Origin: an uncultured Candidatus Saccharibacteria bacterium
GTDB lineage: Bacteria; Patescibacteriota; Minisyncoccia; Phycocordibacterales; DATDWN01
Direction of reading: 5' to 3'
Assembly (NCBI GenBank): GCA_964576615.1
Contig: CAZNUU010000005.1
Coordinates: 1-50,484 of the forward strand
DNA: 50,484 bases
Part shown: piece by piece, positions 43,220 to 50,484 of the stretch
Layout of the letters: every line of letters starts with the position of its first letter
How positions within the stretch are numbered: position 1 is the stretch's first letter
Translations under genes and position numbers: made by a program
Notes under the pieces: generated by a model
The model's database searches: none
What the model was told of the DNA's origin: nothing
Seen by the model: only the letters and a program-made list of their open reading frames with translations

Positions 43220-43960
43220 ATGTCTAGTTTGAAAAACAAAAATGTCTGGATCACAGGTGGCAGGAGAATTGGCCAGCATATCGCAGAGGTCTTTGCGCAG
43301 GAGGGAGCTAACTTAATTTTAAGTTACCGAAGCTCGTCTAAGGAGGCAGAAGAAATTGTAAAAAATGTTGCTAAATTTTCTGTAGAAACACTCCCCCTTC
43401 AGTGCGATGTCTCCTCTCGCGAGAGTGTGGAAAAAGCAGTCCACGATATTTCCAAAAAATTCAAGCAAATAGATACTCTAATTAATCTCGCCTCAGTTTT
43501 TACTCCTGTAAAATTTGAAAATATTACTGAAAAAGAGTGGCTAGCAAACATTGATGCGCATATTCTCGGGACATTTTGGCCATCGCAAGCCATTTCAAAA
43601 ATAATGCCCAGTGGCGGACACATTATTAATGTAGCGGACAGAACTTCGATCGGAAAAGTTTACAGCGGCTATCTCCCCTACGTTGTAACAAAAGGTGCAA
43701 TCGCAACAATGACCGAAGCACTTGCAGTAGAACTTGCTACCCAAGGAATTTTTGTAAACGCAATTGCACCTGGACCAATCCTTCGGCCTGAAGATATTTC
43801 CGAAAAAGATTGGCAAGAGATTCGTGATAATTCCCCACTTAAATATCATATAGATGACAAGGAAGCAGTTGATCAGTTTGCCAAGCTCGCTCTCTATCTT
43901 GCCCAAGTAACCATGGCAAGCGGTTACACCTACCCTCTCGATCAAGGCCAGAATCTATAG
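43220..43960 (+). CDS. SDR oxidoreductase, pteridine reductase/FolM-like
   Basis: ITGGRRIG, YVVTK (YxxxK), VNAIAPG. Start probably 43220. Confidence 0.8.
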   Translation: MSSLKNKNVWITGGRRIGQHIAEVFAQEGANLILSYRSSSKEAEEIVKNVAKFSVETLPLQCDVSSRESVEKAVHDISKKFKQIDTLINLASVFTPVKFENITEKEWLANIDAHILGTFWPSQAISKIMPSGGHIINVADRTSIGKVYSGYLPYVVTKGAIATMTEALAVELATQGIFVNAIAPGPILRPEDISEKDWQEIRDNSPLKYHIDDKEAVDQFAKLALYLAQVTMASGYTYPLDQGQNL

Positions 43961-44033
43961 TAAGAAACCTTGCCACAGACGTCTCTTTGTAGTAGAGTGA
44001 ACCAAATCAAAACTGGCTATATTAAGCCATAAA

Positions 44034-45266
44034 ATGACTACAACAAAGGAAAAACTGGATAAATTGGAGGAGGAATTATCGCGAGGTAGCGATATTTCTA
44101 TTATTAATCTCGTCGATTACCTCATTGAGAAGGCTCATATTAGCCGAGTTTCTGACATACATATCGACCCAACACCAAAAGATATAAAAGTTCGTTTTCG
44201 AATTGATGGCGTTTTGCAAGAAGCTTACGTTTTTCCCAAAACAATTCACGGTGAAATTATTTCTAGAATAAAAGTTCTCTCGCGGCTAAGGACTGACGAA
44301 CACCAAGCAACCCAGGATGGTCGTTTCCGATATATTTTTCCTGACACTAATGAGTTTCTGGATTTGCGTGTCTCTATCATTCCAACTTATCATGGCGAAA
44401 ACGTGGTGCTAAGGCTTCTTTCCGACAAACAAGAAAGTTTTACACTAGAAGCTCTAGGATTTTCCGACAGCGATCAGAAAAAAATTCAAAAAGCTATAAA
44501 AAAGACAAGTGGCATGATCCTCGCCACTGGCCCAACTGGCTCTGGCAAGACAACTACGCTTTATACCCTCATCAAAAAGCTAAACTCACCTGAAGTTTCT
44601 ATCATAACCATCGAAGATCCGATCGAATACGCGGTAAATGAGATAGAACAGATCCAGGTAAATCCAAAAGCTGGACTTACTTTTGCAAATGGCCTGCGCA
44701 GTATCCTTCGCCAGGACCCAAACATCATCATGGTCGGTGAGATTCGAGACTCCGAGACAGCATCGATTGCCGTAAACACAGCTCTCACCGGTCACTTGCT
44801 ACTTTCAACTCTTCACACTAACGACTCAGCTACATCAATTCCTAGGCTTCTAGATATGGGTATTGAAGAATACTTAGTTGCTTCAACACTTTCAGTTGCA
44901 ATTGCTCAAAGATTGGTTAGAAAAATCTGCAAAAAGTGTAAAGAGAAATCCAAAATGACCCCGGCTCTCAAAGAGAGTCTAATGACTACACCTTTTGGCA
45001 AGTACATAAAGGACGACATGGTAATTTATAGAGGAAAAGGTTGTGAGGAATGCAATAAAAGTGGTTACCAAGGCCGAATTTGTATAAACGAGGTTTTGGT
45101 CGCAGATGATAAAATTAAAGAAGCGATCCTTCGAAAAGCTTCTGCAAACGAAGTAAGAAATTTGGCGATAAAAGCCGGCATGACCACGATGTTCGAAGAC
45201 GGTTTTCACAAAGTCGAGAAAGGTGAAACAACTGTAGAAGAAATCCTACGCGTCATCCATGAATAA
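44034..45266 (+). CDS. GspE/PilB family ATPase (short N-terminus)
   Basis: SDIHIDP, GPTGSGKTTT, RQDPNIIMVGEIRD, CKKC..CEEC zinc motif. Confidence 0.92.
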   Translation: MTTTKEKLDKLEEELSRGSDISIINLVDYLIEKAHISRVSDIHIDPTPKDIKVRFRIDGVLQEAYVFPKTIHGEIISRIKVLSRLRTDEHQATQDGRFRYIFPDTNEFLDLRVSIIPTYHGENVVLRLLSDKQESFTLEALGFSDSDQKKIQKAIKKTSGMILATGPTGSGKTTTLYTLIKKLNSPEVSIITIEDPIEYAVNEIEQIQVNPKAGLTFANGLRSILRQDPNIIMVGEIRDSETASIAVNTALTGHLLLSTLHTNDSATSIPRLLDMGIEEYLVASTLSVAIAQRLVRKICKKCKEKSKMTPALKESLMTTPFGKYIKDDMVIYRGKGCEECNKSGYQGRICINEVLVADDKIKEAILRKASANEVRNLAIKAGMTTMFEDGFHKVEKGETTVEEILRVIHE

Positions 45267-46413
45267 AATCAATTTTAAATTTAACCGGTTAAAAGTTGGA
45301 AAAAACCAGACTCCAAAAACAGAGGTAACAAAGAAAAAAGAACCGAAGAAGAACATATATGCTAGAAAATTGTCGATTAAGGATCAGACTTTTTTTGTAA
45401 AAAGACTTTCTTTTTTGATTAAGGCTGGCATTCCTCTCTTGGAAAGCTTACACATTATTACCGAACAAACTAAATCAAGAAATTATTCTAGAATTTTAGA
45501 GACGATAACTGACGATGTGGCGAGTGGTCAAACTCTTTCCCGAAGCCTAGGGAAATTTAAAAAATCTTTTGGTGAATTCTCGATAAATATTATTGCTTTT
45601 GGCGAAACTAGTGGAATTTTAAGTGAAAATTTGGAATATCTCGCAGACGAACTAAAAAAAAGACAGGCTTTGCGAAGAAAAGTTGTTGGTTCAATGATTT
45701 ACCCTGCCGTAGTTACTTTAGCTACAATCGCAATCACCTCATTTCTGATCCTATTCCTTTTCCCTAAAATAATTCCTGTTTTCAGTAGCCTACATGGCAC
45801 ACTACCTCTCTCAACCAGAATGCTTATCGCTCTAAGCAACTTCCTCAAAAGCTACGGTCTTTATCTCTTGGCAGCACTTTTTATTATTGCAGTAGGGACG
45901 ATTGTTGCAATGGAAAAAAGCTTAAAATTTCGTTATCAATTCGATAAATTTCTTCTGAAAATTCCGGGTATTGGTAATGCTGTGAAAAATTATAATCTTG
46001 CAAACAGTACTCGAACTTTGGGTCTTTTATTAAAAAGTGGCATAACTGCTAGCGAAGCTTTCCCAATCACGGCTAAAACAAGCCAGAATTTAGTTTATAA
46101 AGAAGGTTTTGAAAAAATGTCTTTATCCATTGACCGTGGTGAGAGATTATCTGCTTATATAAATAAAAGAAGTGATATTTTCCCAGATGTAATTTCGCAA
46201 ATTATTTCTGTGGGCGAGCGAAGTGGTAATCTTTCTAACTCATTGGTTTACCTATCAGAAATGTATGAAGCAGAAGTAGATGAATTCACAAAAAACCTGT
46301 CTAACTTAATTGAACCGGTGCTTATGATTTTCATGGGTATAATAGTTGGTTTTATTGCAATATCTATAATCACACCTATATATAGCATTACTCAATATCT
46401 CCAGGTAAAATGA
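45259..46413 (+). CDS. GspF/PilC family platform protein
   Basis: GETSGILSENL, VGERSGNL, LIEPVLM. Confidence 0.9.
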   Translation: MNKINFKFNRLKVGKNQTPKTEVTKKKEPKKNIYARKLSIKDQTFFVKRLSFLIKAGIPLLESLHIITEQTKSRNYSRILETITDDVASGQTLSRSLGKFKKSFGEFSINIIAFGETSGILSENLEYLADELKKRQALRRKVVGSMIYPAVVTLATIAITSFLILFLFPKIIPVFSSLHGTLPLSTRMLIALSNFLKSYGLYLLAALFIIAVGTIVAMEKSLKFRYQFDKFLLKIPGIGNAVKNYNLANSTRTLGLLLKSGITASEAFPITAKTSQNLVYKEGFEKMSLSIDRGERLSAYINKRSDIFPDVISQIISVGERSGNLSNSLVYLSEMYEAEVDEFTKNLSNLIEPVLMIFMGIIVGFIAISIITPIYSITQYLQVK

Positions 46414-46865
46414 CAACTCCAAATAAACAGGGTGGTCTTACTTTAGTTGAATTAATTGTGGTAATTGCAATCATCGGAGTAATCATAAGTTTTGGATTAG
46501 TAATTAGTATGGATTCTTATCGAGCTTACTATTTTAGATCTGAAAGATCTAAAATAGTAAGCGTCCTGGAAAGAGCTCGCAGCAGGAGTTTGAGTAACTA
46601 TTTTCAAGTCGAGCATGGGGTATGCTTTATTACTTCAAATTATGTTATATTTCGCGGTAGATCAACTTGTACCCCTGGTGCCACAACTGATGAGTTGATA
46701 CCAGCTAATACTGATATTGCAAGTAAATCTAATTTTTCAGGAACCTTTCCAACAATCATCTTTAGCCAACTTACCGCAACTACAACTGGTGGGACAATCA
46801 ACATTACTGACGGAAATAGATCAGCAATAATAAATGTAAACTATGAAGGTAAAATCAATTGGTAA
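46410..46865 (+). CDS. Pilin-like protein (GspH/FimT-like)
   Basis: GG|LTLVE class III signal. Confidence 0.82.
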   Translation: MTTPNKQGGLTLVELIVVIAIIGVIISFGLVISMDSYRAYYFRSERSKIVSVLERARSRSLSNYFQVEHGVCFITSNYVIFRGRSTCTPGATTDELIPANTDIASKSNFSGTFPTIIFSQLTATTTGGTINITDGNRSAIINVNYEGKINW

Positions 46866-48339
46866 ATATAGATATTCCAAAGGAAGTATGACCCTAGAAA
46901 TACTCCTAGCTTTTGCAATAGTTATCTTATGTATGAGTGCTGTTATTTCCTTAAGTTTTGGTAGTCAGTCACTTACAGTTGATGCAGAGACGAACACGGA
47001 GGCAATTTCCAAAGCAAAAAAGATGCTTGAGGATGCTCGTGATGTTTCCAGACAAGACTATCTTTCGATAACATCAAATAGTATAAATGAAACCGTTGGC
47101 CCATTAACTTATCTAAAAAAACTAGATGTTCAAGACATAACTGCTTGCAAAAAAATCGCCACAAGCACAGTCAGTTGGACAAATGGGGGAAAAAGTGAAT
47201 CTATCACATTTGCTACATACCTGGGTAATGTAGCTGAGGCATTATCTTTGGGAGGAGATTGTATAAGTGATTCTCCCACTTCTGGTTGGACCAATCCGCA
47301 ACGATTTGCCTCAGATACATTTAGCCCAGGTAAACCAACAGCAATCGATCTTCTAAACAAAGTTGTATACATGGGTGAAGATAAAAATCCTTTTTTTGCA
47401 ATTGCTAATACAAACGGTGCCATCCTTGGTCAGTCTGGAGGATTATTCGTTTCTTTTTCAAATGGTTTTGTAGCAAACAAACAGATAAACGACTTGGATG
47501 CAATAAATTGGACAAGCCCAGGAGGGACACAAGAAAAGTATATTTTTGCCGCTGAAGATAGCTCAACAAATCAATTGCAAGTCATAAAAGCAACAACTAT
47601 GACTGCTCCCACTTCAGCTGCCCTAGTTTCACTGTCCCCTTGTGTAGCTGGTTCAGCTCCACAAGGATGGAAAGTTTATTATTACGGAAATAGATTATAC
47701 CTAACTACTCGATTCACAGCAGGACCAGAATTTCACATCTTTGATGTTACAACCCCTTCTTCCCCATCAGAAATAGGGATTGGTGCATGTAAAGGCACTG
47801 ATTTGGGCGACACAGTAAACGATTTTATTGTTAAAGATCAAATGATTGGAGGTGTGACCCGTAGGTTCGTTTACATGGCAACAGATGAGTTAGATAAAGA
47901 ACTCAGAGTCTTTGAAGTCACAGGGGATGTTGTGACTGAAATTTTTGCTGCCAACCAAAATCTGCCTGGTGCACAAAACGGTGAAAGTGTTTATTCAGTT
48001 GGAAACAAACTTTATCTTGGCAGACAATCAACACCAGGCGGGCCTGACCTTTATGTCTACGATATCAAAGACCCAACATCTGGTCTAACATTACTCGGAT
48101 CAAAAGATATTGGAACTGGTGTGATTGGGATTAGGGTGGCTGGAAATTTTGCCTTTATTTCCACACCTAAAGTAAACCAGGAGTTTCAAGTTTGGAATAT
48201 CTATGACCCGAATAGTATATCTAACATTGCTGTATATAATTTCGGTAACGTAGTAGATCAAGGTATAGAGTACGAACCAGATTTTATATATGCGACCGGC
48301 CAATCAACTCCAAACTTTCAGATTCTATACAGCCCATAA
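46843..48339 (+). CDS. Large pilin-like protein with C-terminal LVIVD-like beta-propeller repeats
   Basis: KG|SMTLE signal, then repeated V.GN.LYL...F.I.D...P units. Confidence 0.75.
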   Translation: MKVKSIGKYRYSKGSMTLEILLAFAIVILCMSAVISLSFGSQSLTVDAETNTEAISKAKKMLEDARDVSRQDYLSITSNSINETVGPLTYLKKLDVQDITACKKIATSTVSWTNGGKSESITFATYLGNVAEALSLGGDCISDSPTSGWTNPQRFASDTFSPGKPTAIDLLNKVVYMGEDKNPFFAIANTNGAILGQSGGLFVSFSNGFVANKQINDLDAINWTSPGGTQEKYIFAAEDSSTNQLQVIKATTMTAPTSAALVSLSPCVAGSAPQGWKVYYYGNRLYLTTRFTAGPEFHIFDVTTPSSPSEIGIGACKGTDLGDTVNDFIVKDQMIGGVTRRFVYMATDELDKELRVFEVTGDVVTEIFAANQNLPGAQNGESVYSVGNKLYLGRQSTPGGPDLYVYDIKDPTSGLTLLGSKDIGTGVIGIRVAGNFAFISTPKVNQEFQVWNIYDPNSISNIAVYNFGNVVDQGIEYEPDFIYATGQSTPNFQILYSP

Positions 48340-48830
48340 TGAAAAAAGGATTTACTTTAGTCGAGACAATTGTTTATATTGCGCTGTTCAGCATCATTAT
48401 GACTGGTGCTTTTGTTACAGCTTATCAATTAATTGTGGGTTCGGATAGATTAAATACGAAAAAAACCATTCAGAGTGAAGGCAACTTTGTGTTAGCAAAA
48501 ATTGGTTGGGCCCTCGATTCGGTTTCGACTAGTTCAGCAGAAATAATAAGTCCTCCCCAGACTCCCCCTTATACAAGCAACACACTTTCTCTCAAAAAAT
48601 ACTATCTGGGAGAAAAAATCAGTGTATCTATTCAATACGATGCAGTAAATAAAGCTGTTTTATTCCAAGAGGGTTCTGGCCCATTAGTTCCGATTACAAC
48701 TAACAACGTGAGTATTTCCAAGATTGAGTTTAGATTTATGCCTCCGACCGGTTCCTCCCCTGCGGGCCTAGCGGCAACCACCACCATAAATGGAATTGAT
48801 TTTGCCATAACAAAATATATTCGAAAATGA
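48339..48830 (+). CDS. Minor pilin (PilW-like)
   Basis: KG|FTLVE class III signal. Confidence 0.82.
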   Translation: MKKGFTLVETIVYIALFSIIMTGAFVTAYQLIVGSDRLNTKKTIQSEGNFVLAKIGWALDSVSTSSAEIISPPQTPPYTSNTLSLKKYYLGEKISVSIQYDAVNKAVLFQEGSGPLVPITTNNVSISKIEFRFMPPTGSSPAGLAATTTINGIDFAITKYIRK

Positions 48831-49207
48831 ACAAGGGATTTGTGGCTTTAATATCCAGTATTATTATTTCAGCGATTCTTTTAATTATTTTGACTACACT
48901 TTCGTTAGGAGAATTTTATACTCGCTATAACATACTGGATTCGGAGTTAAAAGAGCGGAGCAGAGATATTGCAGACGCGTGCGTCGACGAAACATTACTA
49001 GCAATCGCAAATAACTCTGCTTATACAGGTAACGAAACAAAAACGGTGAATGAGAATACTTGTTTTATAGATACAGTTGTCACAAATGGTAGTGAAAAAA
49101 GTTTCAGGATCCGAGCAATTTACCAGAACTACTTTACTAGTTTAAAAATTATTATAGATTCAAGTACCTTAAATGTTCTTTCTTGGGAAGAGATCAGAAG
49201 CTTCTAG
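48827..49207 (+). CDS. PilX-like minor pilin
   Basis: KG|FVALIS (no Glu5), ADAC..E.L motif. Confidence 0.75.
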   Translation: MNKGFVALISSIIISAILLIILTTLSLGEFYTRYNILDSELKERSRDIADACVDETLLAIANNSAYTGNETKTVNENTCFIDTVVTNGSEKSFRIRAIYQNYFTSLKIIIDSSTLNVLSWEEIRSF

Positions 49208-49287
49208 GTCTTCACAAATTCATTATCTTGTGGTAGCTTATGGAAATCTTATAAAACAGTTTATAAGTTTTACAAGTAACAATAAAT

Positions 49288-49758
49288 ATGAAAAAAAACG
49301 CTAAAAATAAGGGTTTTACTCTTATTGAGATCTTGGTGGTTATTGGGATTATAGCTATTCTAGCTACTATAGTTATTATTGCTATTAACCCAGCCAGACA
49401 GTTTGCTCAAGCAAGAAATACCCAAAGATTAAGTAACTTGAACACAATACTTAATGCTATAGGCCAAAACATGGCAGACAATAAAGGTATCTGGACTTGT
49501 TCGAATGGAGGTGTACCAGTTTTCTTTAAAACATCAACCGCAAGTACATCGATAGGAACATCAGGCTCAGACTTGAGTTGTTTAGTACCAACGTATATCT
49601 CCTCTGGTATTCCTATGGACCCATCAGATGGAATACAAAGTAATACAGATTATTGGATCTCAACAACTTCTACAAATCAGGTTATGTTATGTGCACCAAG
49701 ATCAGCTGAGACGGCAATCAGTAGCCCTCCCCCAACACCACTCTGCGTAACTCGTTAA
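49288..49758 (+). CDS. Type IV pilin
   Basis: KG|FTLIEILVVIGIIAILA..INP.RQF.QARN.QR, P.DP motif. Confidence 0.88.
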   Translation: MKKNAKNKGFTLIEILVVIGIIAILATIVIIAINPARQFAQARNTQRLSNLNTILNAIGQNMADNKGIWTCSNGGVPVFFKTSTASTSIGTSGSDLSCLVPTYISSGIPMDPSDGIQSNTDYWISTTSTNQVMLCAPRSAETAISSPPPTPLCVTR

Positions 49759-49767
49759 TCACAACAC

Positions 49768-49803
49768 AAAAAACACCAGGGGATAAGACCTCTGGTGTTT
49801 TTT
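49768..49803. terminator. Terminator
   Basis: AAAAAACACCAG/CTGGTGTTTTTT stem. Confidence 0.7.
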
Positions 49804-49895
49804 GTTATGCGGAATAAAATGTAATAAAGGCGTATTTCAAGCGTCTATATAGTTTGTGAGTTGAATAGATTATTTATTAGTAATTAAAATAAGAT

Positions 49896-50484
49896 ATGAA
49901 GAAAATTGTAAGTTTAATTATTGGATTATCGATGGTGGCTGCGCCAGCATTTGCTTTTGCAACCACAACCCCAAGTGCTAGTGTCCAAGCACTGATTGAT
50001 CAAATCAAGCTTTTACAGACCCAGATTCAATCCCTTCAGACAGCCCAGAATAATGTTGCAAGCACAACAATAGCTATTCGAAACTTGAGAAAAGGTATGT
50101 CTGGTGATGACGTTAAAGCTCTGCAGGCGATCCTCGCAGCTGATCCAACCATATTCCAAGGAGGCATAACTGGTTTCTTTGGCCCATTAACTGAACAAGG
50201 TCTGAAAAAATGGCAGAAGAAAAATGGCTTGGAAGGAGTTGGTTTTGTCGGACCAAGAACCTTGAATAAATTGTTTGAGGAATTAAACCACCTGGGTTTG
50301 AAGCAGGAAAAAGATGATGAGAATGAAAACCATGCCACAAGCACAGGCAACAAAATCTGTATTCCTCCTGGTCATGAGATTGCTCCTGGCTGGCAAAAAC
50401 ATCACGACGATCAAGGTAATGGTGATCTACCAAGTTGTAAGCATCACGGTGAAGACGAGCATGGAGACAATAACAAGGATCAAC
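49896..50484 (+). CDS. Secreted peptidoglycan-binding domain protein (partial)
   Basis: Manual translation: MKKIVSLIIGLSMVAAPAFAFA signal, coiled coil, RNLRKGMSGDDVKALQAIL..ITGFFGPLT..WQKKNGL..G.VGPRT, His/Asp-rich tail. Confidence 0.8.
   Translation, partial: MKKIVSLIIGLSMVAAPAFAFATTTPSASVQALIDQIKLLQTQIQSLQTAQNNVASTTIAIRNLRKGMSGDDVKALQAILAADPTIFQGGITGFFGPLTEQGLKKWQKKNGLEGVGFVGPRTLNKLFEELNHLGLKQEKDDENENHATSTGNKICIPPGHEIAPGWQKHHDDQGNGDLPSCKHHGEDEHGDNNKDQ

Overview
AT-rich window that looks like a Patescibacteria (CPR, Parcubacteria-like) genome. This is an inference from gene content, short genes, leaderless starts and two type IV pilin clusters; TGA acts as a stop, so the code is standard table 11. 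Core genes: ftsEX, a shortened prfB, gatA/gatC, ligA, a full pilM-N-O-P-B-RR-T-C-A-D plus minor pilin cluster, comF, a second PilB/PilC/pilin cluster, and eight tRNAs (Gln-CTG, Thr-CGT, Thr-GGT, Asp-GTC, two Met-CAT, Ser-GCT and an unusual Ser-ACT). The main hidden structure is a 26-27 bp motif, right half A(C/T)GA(T/A/C)GTT(A/G)GAAC. It recurs in one orientation between accessory genes, typically just after a minus-strand stop codon. Three copies form an array beside tRNA-Asp, where one is an exact tRNA-3'-end/motif hybrid, and four more lie in the 1-7 kb accessory block. This suggests integron-like, tRNA-anchored gene cassette arrays, although no integrase gene is in the window. Other non-coding architecture: a GIY-YIG gene apparently inserted in a tRNA-Thr D-loop with a replacement 5' end, 120-140 bp mini-elements that duplicate tRNA 3' ends, and a three-copy intergenic element with a conserved head and long inverted repeats of differing sequence. 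All product calls come from motif recognition by eye, not database searches.
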